Both the position numbers and the translations under genes were made by a program. Positions 26,400-38,511 of a DNA stretch of 64,000 bases are shown in pieces. The notes beneath the pieces were generated by a model. It searched no databases. It was given only the letters and a program-made list of their open reading frames with translations, and was not told the origin of the DNA. The stretch's first letter is position 1. Every line of letters starts with the position of its first letter. This DNA comes from Stegostoma tigrinum (lineage: Eukaryota), in contig NC_081356.1 of NCBI RefSeq assembly GCF_030684315.1, positions 78,414,835-78,478,834 on the forward strand, in the 5' to 3' direction.

Positions 26400-27110
26400 T
26401 TGCAGATAAATCTCCCAACCAGGCCCCATATATCCTCAGGTCCCCAAATTTTATTATAGTATATTGTTCAATTGACTTCAGGTTAGATTCCCTCCCCTAT
26501 TTGGAGCAGCTTCAGTGTGAGCCAAAGGCTTCAAAAGAATGAATGCATGTTTTTTGAACTACTTCTGCCCTGAAGAATTGTTTGTGACAATTCCCTGAAA
26601 TTTTTACATTGACATATTGGGTTCATTGTGGCTGTTCACTGACATTATGAAAGTTGAAAGACTTTCTATTTATGAAGAATTCAGCAGAGGTCACTTTGAT
26701 TTTGTCACCCATTTTTATACTATCACACAGAAAATGGTAACAAAAGAAACAGAAGTGAAAAGTGTTCTGCTGATTTACTGTCACTTGACTCATACCATTT
26801 TGCAAAGTCAGATTCATCCTGAGGAACACGTGGTATTAGCCTGCAAAGTAATACAGGCATTATATTTTATAATACTGCACAAGAAGCATCTTGAATTACT
26901 AGATTATTTCTCCAGCTTACCTGAAGACAGTATTAATAACTTGTTACAATTAGACCTGCACACCATCCCATATATTGCTGCAGAATTATCATGCTTCAGC
27001 TTGGAAGAAGCCAAGTGAATTTCATTCCTCAACTCTAATTAAGGAAGTAGTAGCAAGAACACAGAGTTGTAACTATTTATGGTGGCCAAACATTTCATGT
27101 CAAGAAAACC
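26400..27110 (+). mobile_element. Old Gypsy pol remnant (integrase zinc-binding region)
   Basis: 'VVARTQSCNYLWWPN' resembles the ARSYxWWP motif; upstream TKETEVKSV and ELS resemble conserved blocks; heavily decayed. Confidence 0.4.
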
Positions 27111-27178
27111 TGCTCCACTCATTATTAATCACACGCATTATTAACCTCTCACAAAACTGAGATTTACTCAGCCACCAT

Positions 27179-27312
27179 GAGTTCTGAGGAAGGGTCACCG
27201 GACCCGAAACATTAACTCTGTTTTCTCCCTCACAGATGCTGCCAGACCTGCTGAGCTTTTCCAGCAACTTTGTTTTTGTTCCTGATTTACAGCACCTGCA
27301 GTTCATTTGGTT
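27179..27312 (+). ncRNA. PLE terminus with minimal hammerhead showing a clear 5-bp stem I
   Basis: GAGTT-CTGAGGA-A-GGGTC-ACCG-GACCC-GAAA-CATT-AACTC (stem I GAGTT/AACTC; CGTT>CATT change in stem III). Confidence 0.7.
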
Positions 27313-27499
27313 TCCATTCACTATTAAGATAGCTTCCAGCGAATTATCTCAGCTTCACATTCTGGTGCAGACATGATGGGCCAATTGCTTTTTTCTGCCT
27401 TGTAACAGTTCTGTGATTCTCTAATCTATGGTTGAGGATAGCTTGCTGGTCACCTGTACCCTCCTTAAATTGCTTGAAGTCATTAATCTTTTGAAACAG

Positions 27500-27699
27500 G
27501 ATAATAAAGTGTGAAGCTGGATGAAAACAGCAGGCCAAGCAGCATCTCAGGAGCACAAAAGCTGACGTTTCGGGCCTAGACCCTTCATCAGAGTCTTTTT
27601 GTGCTCCTGAAATGCTGCTGGGCCTGCTGTGTTCATCCAGCTACACATTTTGTTATCTTGGATTCTCCAGCATCTGCAGTTCCCATTATCTCTGATCAC
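27500..27699. mobile_element. 200-bp palindromic PLE mini-insertion with 12-bp TSD
   Basis: CTTTTGAAACAG at 27488-27499 and 27700-27711; minus arm with intact hammerhead core (27564-27591), then plus arm. Confidence 0.85.
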
Positions 27700-27721
27700 C
27701 TTTTGAAACAGTTTCCTGAAA

Positions 27722-27980
27722 AGCCTTCCCTCCACTCCTTCTCTCTATCTCTGTCCAATTTATATTATCTCCCCTTTATTTTGTTCCCCTTCTCCCATTG
27801 CCTGCTTCACTTTCTACCAGTTTTCTTTGCTCCACCCTTTTATGATCTCCTTTCTCTTATGATCCTTTCCTGTCCTCTCTCTTGCTCCCTTTCTTCCTCA
27901 AGTCTCACTTTGTCATTCACCTTTTCTATCTGCTTTTCATCTCTTGCCTTTCCACTTTTCCAGTTCCTCCCCTACCTTTG
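27722..27980. repeat. Pyrimidine-rich low-complexity tract
   Basis: Strong C/T bias with no regular period. Confidence 0.7.
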
Positions 27981-28624
27981 GGCAATTAGTACCCTGGTTC
28001 TCCTGTTTTGTTAAATATTGTACTTGACCTTAGGTCCCTTTATCATTGCTGTCATTATCATTACTGTCTCGCTGCAAGAATGACTTTGACTCAGGGTTTC
28101 TGCCATGGGCCTTTATATGATAAGCAGGCCAGTTCTAAAACCACAGATCTTTGGATGCATGGGATAGGATGTCTCACATAGTACTGGGAAGCAGACTGTA
28201 GGATTTCATCATTGAAAGATTGTGACTCAAAGTGCGAAGCCGGTTGATGGACAGCTTTTCACCATTTTGAACAATTGGAAGCAAACTCCTCCCAACCATT
28301 ATTGTCGGGGCTGCTTTGCCTTAAGGGGATTTTGTACCCTCTTTGACGGTTGTTCCAGAAGCAAACAAATAAAGTGCCTGCAAAATCAACTTCAATGGAC
28401 GGGACACCGTCTAGACAGCAGGAAAGCATTTCCCTAGCAAATCCTGTTTTCACGACGCTCTTAAGTTCCCTTTGTACAATGGTACAGGAAATTGTCTTTT
28501 ATCAATTATTAATTATGTGCAGAATATTGTTTCACATTTATAATAATATTGTTGAGTTCTGGAACCCAAACAGGAAGCTCTGGTTGTTACGGAAACTAAG
28601 AGCTCTTTGATTGAATTACTTTCC

Positions 28625-29232
28625 AAATATCTCATTTATTGATAAAGGCATGGAGCACAAGAGCAGGGACATGATACTGAAATTGTACAAGATACTTGTA
28701 ACACCTCAGCTGGAATATTGCATACAGTTGTCAATGCAATGTTATATGTAATATGCAAATGCATCAAAGAGAGTGCAGAAGTGATTTGCAATGATGGTTC
28801 TAAGAATGAGAAACTTCAGTATGAGGATAGATTGAAGAAGTTGGGTTTGTTCTCCTTGGAAAGAAGAAGGCTGAAAGGAGATTTGATAAATGTTTTCAAA
28901 ATCATGATCAATCTGAGCAGAGTAGACAGGGAGAAACTGTTTCCTCTCATAAAGAGAAAAGAATGAGAGGAAATAGGTTTATAATGATGTGTAAACAATG
29001 CAAGAGTGATGTGAGAAAAGACTTTTTGACACAGCATGTAGTTAGGCCATAGAATGCATTGCTGGAAATGTACTGGAGGCAGGTTGAATGAGGCATTCAA
29101 GAGGACATTGGATGATTATCTGATAGATGTGGGAAAAAGCAGGAGATTGACACTAGGAAATAGAACCAGTGCATGCACAAAAGACTGAATGACCTCTTTC
29201 TACACTTAATAGTTTTGTAATTCTGTGATTCC
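28625..29232 (+). mobile_element. CR1 LINE 3' end
   Basis: LQYEDRLKKLGLFSLERRRLKGDLINVFKIM followed by the CR1 3'UTR 'gactgaatgacctct...ttctgtgattc'. Confidence 0.9.
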
Positions 29233-29288
29233 TCCATTTTTCTGTAGCGTTGTACTGGAGCACAATACTTTTGACATGCATAACATTT

Positions 29289-29591
29289 GGAGCTGCACAG
29301 TGGCTCAGTGGTTAGCACTGCAGCCTCACAGCACCAGGGACCTGGGTTTGGTTCCAGCCTCGAGCGACTGTCTGTGCGGAGTTTGCATATTCTCCCTGTG
29401 CTTGCATGGGTTTCCTCCGGGTGCTCTGGTTTCCTCCCACAGTCCAAAGATGTGCAGGTTAAGTGGATTGGCCATGGGAATTTGCCTGTCGTCTTTGGTG
29501 TGTGTGGATTATAAGGGAATGGGTGGGATTGTTCAAGGGGCAGTGTGGACTTGTTGGGCCAAAGGGCCTGTTTCCACACTGTAGGGAATCT
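29289..29591 (+). mobile_element. HE1-type SINE
   Basis: Full head 'gcacagtggctcagtggttagcactgcagcctcacagcaccagggacctggg', tail 'gggcctgtttccacactgtaggga'. Confidence 0.9.
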
Positions 29592-29689
29592 AATCTACAA
29601 TAATAATTTGTATTCATTTTGTACTTCTAACATTGCAATTAACCTTATATTTTACAAAAGCAGCATACAATTCAATTTTTTTATTGTTT

Positions 29690-30035
29690 TAAATACTTTC
29701 ATGGAGGATGGTCATTGCTGGCTGGGACAGCATTTATTGCCTATCCCTAATTTCCCACAGGGAAGTTAAGATTCAACCACATTGATGTGGGTCTGGAGCC
29801 ACATGTAGGCCAGACCAGGTAAGAATGGCAGTTTCAGTCCCTAAAGGACATTATTGAACCTGATGCTTTTCCCCAACAACCGGCAATGGACTCACAGGCA
29901 TCATTAGACCCTTAATTGTGGATGTTTATTGAATTCAAATTCCACCATCTGCCATGGTGGGATTCAAACTCAGGTTCCTAGAACATTTCATGGGCCTCTG
30001 GGCTAACAGCCCAGCGATAATACCACTAAGCCATC
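29690..30035 (-). mobile_element. tRNA-derived SINE (second family)
   Basis: Antisense head 'ggcttagtggtattatcgctgg...gagtttgaatcccacc' (A/B boxes); homologous to 56435-56825. Confidence 0.75.
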
Positions 30036-30211
30036 ACATCACCCTGATGTCCAGTTAACATCCACTCTATTTGTATAACCTAACTATAAGACTGGAAAAG
30101 GCTACTTTTAAATCTATGCCACAAACAATATTCCATGAGTAGGATGACATTTTGGTTTTGCATTTAAACAAAAGAGAGGCTGCCATATTTCACCTCAAGG
30201 AAGGAAACTTT

Positions 30212-30505
30212 CTCCATTTCCTACCTACTAACCTCATCCCACCTCCTTGACCTGTCCGTCTTCCCTGGACTGACCTATCCCCTCCCTACCTCCCCACCTA
30301 TCTTCTTTTCTCTCCATCTTCGGTTCGCCTCCCCCGCTCTCCCTATTTATTCCAGAACCCTCACCCCATCCCCCTCTCTGATGAAGGGTCTAGGCCCAAA
30401 ACGCCAGCTTTTGTGCTCCTGAGATGCTGCTTGTCCTGCTGTGTTCATCCAGCTTCACACTTTGTTATCTTGGATTCTCCAGCATCTGCAGTTCCCATTA
30501 TTTCT
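30212..30505 (+). mobile_element. PLE pLTR, 5'-truncated
   Basis: Near-identical to 17500-17810; hammerhead core at 30378 is mutated (AAAACGCC). Confidence 0.85.
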
Positions 30506-30545
30506 GAAACTTTGTCCTGCCCTGGTTTGAGAATTAATAAAACAT

Positions 30546-30834
30546 GGGGCAGCACGGTGGCTCAGTGGTTAGCACCGCTGCCTCACAACGGGTTCAATTC
30601 CACCCTCAGGCGGCTGTCTGTATGGAGTTTGCACATTCTCCCTGAGTCTGTGTGAGTTTCCTCCCACAGTCCAAAGATGTGCCAGCTAGATGGATTGGCC
30701 ATGCTAAATTGTCCATAGTGTTCAGGGTTGTGTAGATTAGGAGTATTATTGGAGGATGGGTCTGGGTGGGATGCTCTGTGAGTCAATGTGGGCTTGTTGG
30801 GCTGAAGGGCTTGTTTCCACACTGTGGGGATTCT
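30546..30834 (+). mobile_element. HE1-type SINE
   Basis: 'ggggcagcacggtggctcagtggttagc...gtttccacactgtgggattcta'. Confidence 0.9.
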
Positions 30835-31652
30835 AAGATACTCAACGATTGTATGATTTACTGAGTGTTTGTGCAGGCAACTGATAGATGTAAACAAATA
30901 CACAATGACTCATTAACCACAAAGAAAAATTAGTATCAGAATATGTGAATAACAATCATTTTTTTAAGTCTGGACAATATTTCACAGTACTCTCATCAGC
31001 TAACTTCTAATGATGTCACATTTAGCACAAGACAGATTAGAGTGAAAATTGGATGTCTCCCAGAGCTCCCTTAAATCACATCTCAGTCCTGGCTGCACTC
31101 CCAAATCCTCTTGAAGATCCAGTGTTGATACGTTTGGATGTGAGGAGGTCAGTTTGGTCTACATCATATGAACTGGGCTGGAGGGATCATGGATCACTGA
31201 TGTGACTGACACTATTTCCATGCCAAAGACTTATTGATCATGATGATGACACACATTCTGGGAAATGATACAGTGGTATCAGATAAATAATAACTAGTTC
31301 CAACAGAATTATATTATATGGAAAGTGAAAGGCCTTTTCAACATAAAGTGCCTTTAAAATTAAATCATCAAGGAAAATAACGACTAGTGTCATTTCCTTT
31401 TTAGATTTCATGATGTCATCCCAATGGAAAGAGAATGCCACTGATGAAATCACAAGGCCACATTTTTAGAGCAGCAATACACCAGCCTGAGCCATTTCCA
31501 ATTACCACTATTCTGCAAATCACACCTTCATCACAATGGAATTGCTAATAAGGTCATTTTATGAGAAATACAATTGAAACTCCATTTGCTGATAAAACAG
31601 TTTCATCCAGCCTTCCAAAAAAGTCTCAAAAAGAGATAGAATAGTTAGGTGG

Positions 31653-31880
31653 AGAGATAGTAGGAACTTCCAATGCTGGAGAAACTGAGATAACAAGGCG
31701 TAGCGCTGGATGAATGCAGCAGGCCAAAGCGGCAACAGAGGAGCAGGAAAGATGATGTTTCGGGTCTGGGCCCTGCTTCAGAATCTGAAGAAGGGCCCAG
31801 ACCCGAAACGTCATCTTTCCTGCTCCTCTGATGCTGTTTGGCCTGCTGTGTTCATCCAGCTCTACACCTTGTTATCTCAG
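31653..31880. mobile_element. Near-perfect palindromic PLE terminal pair with an intact hammerhead core at 31785-31812
   Basis: ~95-bp arms meeting at ~31783; CTGAAGA-A-GGG-CCCAGA-CCC-GAAA-CGTC. Confidence 0.85.
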
Positions 31881-32104
31881 GATAGTTAGCTGGGTCTTTT
31901 TCGACTAGCATGGACACAATGTGTTGAAAGGCCTTTTCCTGTGCAATAGATCACCATGACTCTTCGAGGAGATACTTGAAGGAAATTTACAACCTGGCAG
32001 GTTAGCATCTTTTTCTATCACGGAAAATAACATTCTTATGAGAGGAGCTCCTAATTGCTACAAAAGTTGTTGACTTGTCCTAAATGATTACATTTTTACG
32101 CTGT

Positions 32105-32430
32105 TCGGCTGAGTTAGCAGCCTTTGAACCAGAAGGTGATGATTTCAAACTTCATTTCAGGACCTAAGCATAACATCTGTGCTAGCCTTTCAATGCAGAA
32201 CTGCTATGTCAAAGAGTCACTTTATCATAAACCCAGGCTCTATCAGAATGACTGATTCAGGTAGCATTAAAGATCTGTTAATACTATTTATGAAGATCTT
32301 CCAATTTCCTGACCACAACTCACACATGAGAAACAGATTTTAAAGTTTCCTCTTAAATTGGCTAAGTGCATGCACCATGAAATATAAATCTTATATGTGA
32401 GAAACATGGCTTAGATGTGATTTAGTATAA
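32105..32430 (+). mobile_element. Old Deu-domain SINE
   Basis: 'tgaaccagaaggtgatgatttcaa', 'cattaaagatc...tactattttatgaaga'; weak similarity to 23455-23825. Confidence 0.45.
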
Positions 32431-35400
32431 GTTATGAATCTAAATAATCCGTAACCAATGTATCTGATCCATTCTACAGATGAAATCACCAAGCTCAATT
32501 TTCTGGTCTGCCATCAGAGATTTAGTGATCTCCGTGGCCTTGACATCCATGCCCTCAATACCAGTTTAAATTCTGTGATAGTCACATACACAGTCAATCA
32601 GCACATTGAAGCATTCTCATTGACTGCAAACCCAGAAGTTACAAGGACCTATTATTTCACATTTGATTTAAATGTGAAGATACCAAAACAAATAATTCGT
32701 TGGATTTTGATAGGAGCCAAAATATTCTATACGGGATAATGTGTAAACAAGGGTTTTTAAAAATTGCAAACTGTGTGGAAATTCTATTGCAGTGGAGAAA
32801 CATAATATTTCACAAATATCAAATTAGCTTGTCAGAGTTAGTGAGATCGTTTGGCTGTAATTATGAAGTTAACATACTGTTAATGAAATGCATTTAGACT
32901 TTGTTCGACAGGGCATAAAATTATCCAGGCTTCCACAATGAGACAATCAGCATAAACATTGATATTTTACCCGAATTTACTCTGATTGAACTGAAAGACA
33001 GTAGAAGCATTGACGGTGCATTCTGGAATTCTACATTAATTTACACACATGCAGATGCCAGAAATTTCTGTTAGTTTCATTGGAGTAATAACAAGTGATA
33101 AGTTTCACTATCATTACCACTGCAAAATCTGGACCATATTCATTCCATGACTGTTTGTGCAACAGCACTATATGTAAAATTTTAGACAAATTTTAAGTCT
33201 ATGGTTAATTCATGATAGTCAATAAAAGACTGAAACAAAATAAAACATAGCATCCTCTGATTGATCATGGTTTTGTTTTTCTTTACTGCTTCAAGTTCCT
33301 TACTGTTTTACTCAAGTGACATGTAAATATAAAAAAAGGATGTAAAACTGCCACATAAAATATTGTAGATTTTATGACTATAAAGTTTACTGCAGCATTT
33401 ATTCATGTAGCTGGTATCAGATAAAAGTATGCAATAATATCCCACAACCTCAGTGCAGAATTATTCATCCAATGCTAGACACATTTGGAGGTGAAAAATG
33501 AAGTCTTCTGTATTTTAAATAAGCAATTGTGCCCTCATTTGGCATTTTAGTGACTGCAAAGAAGCTTTGAAACTGTTAGCAGCTTGCTATGCCACTTCAG
33601 AGGGCAGTAAATTGTCAAGTTTGTTTCATATAGGCACTAATCTGATATTAGAAGCTAATTCTGACAGAATCCCTTCATTGCCATGGGTAAGTAAGGCATG
33701 CGGAGACAATATCCAGCACAGCACAGTTTTGGTGGTATTTACATGCGACAGTTATGCAGTTGGTGGGAGTTGCTGTTTCTCCTTGGCTATAAGTGATTCA
33801 TTGTTACTCTGTATTTTGCCTTAAGGAAAGTGGTTGAAGTGCCTTTGCATGGCTGTGGGGGTACATGGCGTAGTTCTGGCAATTGAGTTCCCAGAAAGCC
33901 AGCAGAAGCCGAACAACTTTCTGATGGGAATATATCCAAAAAGTATTTCAACCCACAGATTTATTTTGCATTTGAGAGCAGTCATTACATTAATCTTGTA
34001 GCTGCAAATACAACACCCAAATGACAGAAATATGGAAATTAATGTCGCCCACTATAAGACTGTTATGCAGACAATAGCAGTATGGTGCAATGAAACTGGT
34101 AACTATGGATGTCAGCTTAGTAGAAAAATACCCATCTATTTTCAGAGATGTTTGATTCCCTTACCTAATGATATTGTATTCAGCTCCATCTTCTAAATCC
34201 TTGTATCCTAAATAATGCCCTTCAGTACAATTTGATGACCTCTGCCAGAGTTTGAAAGGCATTTCTAAGTACTTGAACTCACAGAAAAGAAAGCAGCCAT
34301 CCTGAGACTGCATGGTAGTAAGCTAATCTTTCATGGCTATGGCCTCAACTTCTTTTGCACAGCCCAGATGTTGGTGGCTGTTGCTTATCCTTCAGTGGAA
34401 GTTTGTGTTATCACTGTGTCCAAGTGCACTCATGCAGTGAGCTATCACCTCCAACTGGAAAAAATAGGCATCAACCTTTGTGTAAATCCCTGCCAAGCTA
34501 GGGACAAACCACATCATTTGCCTTGACAAATGAGGTATTTTTGCATGCATGCCCTTTTGCCTTTTTCTGCATATCATTCCACTGAAGTCCTCATCTGAGA
34601 CCTCTACAGTAAAACTCCTGCATCAGCCTCAATTTGTGGGGTCTGGCACCTGCATGCAACTTTACCCTGGCCTAACTGTAACTTGCTAATGCCCAATGGC
34701 TCACAGTGTGCAGACCTTGCCTGCATTCTAACAGCACGTAGTGAATCCTGAAAGATATGGTATTTCAGTCACCAACCCAGACGCTTATGTAAGGTGGTTA
34801 AGTCAGAGCTAGACTGCTGGCATTGATTGCATTGTGCAATTGTTCTCATTGTCTTCTTTCCACTTATCTGGATGGCCACTGGACCCCCTGAGGAAAGAAG
34901 ACTTCTCTCTTAGATTGTGGTTGCTACATAAAGGCCTCCTGTGCTGCATCACAGAACCTTGCGGTGCCATCCTTGACCTGTTACATAATTTTGGTCAGTT
35001 CTTCCTAATCTTCCATTTTTACAATCAGTTTCAGTCCCTGCAGCAGCCAGAATACACTTCGCCTTTCAGAGCTAAATGCAGACTTTAAAGAGCAGGCTTG
35101 CTTTAACAGCGCTCAGATGAACTTGAGCCTTCCTCTGAGATAAGCAACCACTTCAAAGTGCATCCAGTGCTAGATTCCATATCTCAACCACTACAACTAA
35201 CAGGCTACATGAGTTTTGAACTCTTTAAATAATTATGCATCATTATGCCCAGTGCCCTATTTCAGGAGCTCTTCAATTTAGCCTCCATGGTTTCTGTCTA
35301 ATGTGAAAGAGTTTTTTTTGAACCCATAATCCTATATGTACTCTGCTAGATCACGGCGGATGTTTTTTCAAATCCCTCATGGCAACAAGAGGCTGTCATT

Positions 35401-36317
35401 TAACAGTGCTGTAAATAAAGCATGTGGGCGTATTAATGGGATTTCACTCATCAAAGGCAGCAGATGCTCATCCTCTTGGGGTTTAGCACTGTAGCTTACC
35501 TGAGGAAACTACTTCTGAGCCATCCCCTGCTTTATGTCTGGGGTTGCTTATGTTCTTTTGAATGGAGCGATGTAAGGAGAGTGGCACAGAGGCAGGACGT
35601 CATGGGTGGCAGGGTAAACTTCCCCACTGCTGGGGAAGGGAGCGGTCACTAAAGACAGGGCCTGCAGAGGAGGCACCTCTTACTTGCCCACCTAAATGAT
35701 TTCCTGCCAGGCTTCCCACCCATTGCCAACCTCCTACTGCCAGCTGAAAACCTGAGGGTCAGGAAGCAAAGAGTAGGTGGTGGAAAAGGCATTATGAACC
35801 GACATGGGCACTGTGAAATACTTCCCAATAAATTAAGTAAGCCGTAAGATGCAGCCTGTGAGCTTATTTTATTGAATAGTGAGTATGTTCATTCCACTTG
35901 TGTGTTCATTGAACAAGCTGTTCCCGGAAACTGTTAACAATGAAAGCTGACATCCCATTGCTGTTAATGTGCAGACCCACCAGAGATTGATCTGGAGGCT
36001 CCTCTGAAGACAGCAAACAGCAGGCACTGAATCAACTGATTTAGTAAGTATGTTTTTTACTCTTCAATTGCATGTGCAGCCACTGAAAAGTATATCCATT
36101 ATGAATGTGATACTGTCAATGGGGAAATGAATTGAATGTACTGGCTGAATTCCATTTCAAATTATTTCATTTACCAACTTAAGAAATTTATTTAGTGTTT
36201 CACCATTCTGACATAAATAATTTACTGAAACTCTATTATATTTAACTCATTTTGTCATTTTAAGGTTTTGCAATTTAAAGTTTAATGCATTGATATACTT
36301 CACTCTTCTTTCAATCC

Positions 36318-36553
36318 CCACGTCCTAAGTTTCCTTGGGGTACTCCAGTTTCTTCCTACAGTACAAAGATCAGCAGGTTTGGTGGATTGGCCATGCTAAA
36401 TTGTCCAGTAATGTCCAGGGATTTGCAAGCTAGGTGAATTAGCCATGGGAAATGTAGGGATACAGGGATAGGGTAGAAAGCCTTTCACAAGGTCAGTGTA
36501 GACTCGAAGGGCCAAACGGCCTCTGTGTGCAGTGTAGGGATTCAATTATTCTG
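36318..36553 (+). mobile_element. HE1-type SINE, 5'-truncated
   Basis: 'gggtactccagtttcttcc...ggtggattggccatgctaaattg...gtagggattc'. Confidence 0.8.
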
Positions 36554-36983
36554 TGATTAATATCTTCCATTCTAAGACCAATCTGACAACTTGATCTTGG
36601 TAGCAACTGGGTATTTCTGTGTTTTGCAACAAGACAAAGTCAAGACTTCAGGTACCATAGATAATTCCAATTAAAATGTGCAGCACTTACCCAACCTCCC
36701 TCCCAACCAGCAGACTTCTCTTAGCAGAGTTATTGTGGGCTGCAAATTTTCTCACAGGAAATGGTAATGTGACCAACAGTTATGTTACAAAGCTCAGGAT
36801 TTAATGAAATAACACAATATTTATATGTTGTACGTTCAGGAAAATGTTGAAGCTACACAGAACAAAGAAGGGAATTACGTGAAAGAACCAGTCAAAGTTT
36901 TGCATTAAATCTTCACATATTCAGGAGTCAACATTTCTCTGTGTGGAACATTTGAGAACATTAAAATAAGTATCACAGAACCC

Positions 36984-37063
36984 CTGAGATAATAGTGTGG
37001 GCTGGAGGAAAACAGCAGGCCAGGCAGCAGAGTTGATGTTTCAGGTCAGGACCCTCCTTCAGA
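36984..37063 (-). mobile_element. PLE terminal fragment
   Basis: 'ctgagataatagtgtgggctggagga...gatgtttcaggtcaggaccctccttcag'. Confidence 0.7.
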
Positions 37064-37065
37064 AA

Positions 37066-37290
37066 ATTAGCCCATGCCTAATCCATATGTCCCTAGACAA
37101 CTTAGCATGGTCAGTCCAACTAACCAGCACATCTTTAGACTGTGGGAGGAAACTGGAGCACCCAGAGGAAACCTAGGCAGACACAGGAAGAATGTGCAAA
37201 CTCCACACAGACAGCCGCCCAGGAGTGGAATTTGAACCCTGGTCCATAGCACAGTAAAGCAGCAATGCCAACCGCTGAGCCACCAGCCAC
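37066..37290 (-). mobile_element. HE1-type SINE
   Basis: Antisense: 'ggaggaaactggagcacccagaggaaacc...gcaaactccacacagacagcc...ccgctgagccacc'. Confidence 0.85.
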
Positions 37291-37566
37291 ATTCAAGTGA
37301 TTTTAAAAAGAATTGGTGCCAATTAGCTCAATAATTGACAATTTTTGACACTAGTTGACAATATGCTGCAGGCAAGTATGTTTCTGGTTAATGGGAACTA
37401 AAACCTGGAACTTTTGAGAATTTTATCAGGGATACAGGACTTCAGTTAAGTAGAGAGGCTAGGGAATCTCTCCCTAAAATATAGGAGCTTCCAGAGAGAA
37501 TTAACAGAAGTGTTCAATACCAGGACAGGCCTTTATACGGTAATAAAGAAGGTTTTCTTTCAATGG

Positions 37567-38511
37567 TGTAAAGACTGATTTTGTTTTTTCATTTTATTCC
37601 TGATTATGGATTAAAATAGGTTAAGGGCTATTTAATCAAAGTGCTGTGGAAGGAGTTGATGCACTTTTCAAAATGAGTTTCTGAAACTCAATGTTAGTAG
37701 TGTTTCAATGTTGCTTTGCAATCAATGGGGATGGGACATAAGACAACATGTGAATGCAAAGATAGAATTATCCTGCAACAGGTGCCTGCTTGGATTTGTG
37801 CACGTACGGCAAGTAGTGAATGCTGGAAGTCATCAGCCTGACAACAACTAAGATAACTAAGTGTGGAGCTGGATGAACACAGCAGGCCAAGCAGCATCTC
37901 AGGAGCACAAAAGCTGACGTTTTGGGCCTCGACCCTTCATCAGACAGTACAACACTGTCTAGTTCTGGGCAAGTGAACAATTTGGTGCTCATGATAGAGG
38001 AGGAGGAGCAGGTTTTATTTTTCTATCTCTGGTTGATGTAAGCTGTTAGCTTTAACCGGCAACTAAGAATCCATAATTGATGTAACCATCACCCTGTGCC
38101 TCTTGTGAAGAAGTGAAAGAATCTCAAGGAGAAGATTAGAGAGCAGAAGGTCTTGAGTAACAAAAGAAACAACTTGTGGAACCCTATGGAGACTAACGCT
38201 ATTGAACTGTATTGCCCCAATGTTTTCTTTTGTTAATCTGTATCTGACCTGTATCTATGGAGGGGTTTTAAACAAAAGGGGATTTAGAGTTTCAACTGAT
38301 AGAATTATATGTTTTAAGATCTCAGTTTTGTTTTCCTGCAGGTAGAACATATTTATTTGCAATAAACTACAGCTCTTGTTAAATTCAAGAACCTAGCCAG
38401 TGTTTTCTGCTAAACTGATTTCAGGTAAATTGGGGATTTTCAGCACTTTGAATAAATCTTAACTTTTATGAGTCAGTAACTACAGATCACAGTTTACTGT
38501 GAGTGGCAACA
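37567..38511 (+). mobile_element. Probable solo LTR inserted in a CR1 tail, itself containing a PLE fragment (37850-37944)
   Basis: TG...AACA ends, AATAAA at 38361 and 38451, flanks ATGG/ATGC; CR1 sequence on both sides (37420-37566, 38512-38752). Confidence 0.55.

Noticed and set aside
27601-28014. Hydrophobic 137-aa membrane-protein ORF
   Set aside because: PLE tail fused to a pyrimidine-rich low-complexity tract, which yields Leu/Phe/Ser by composition
29289-29370. tRNA gene (also 5930, 18201, 30546)
   Set aside because: Pol III boxes belong to SINE heads followed by SINE body and tail; no complete cloverleaf
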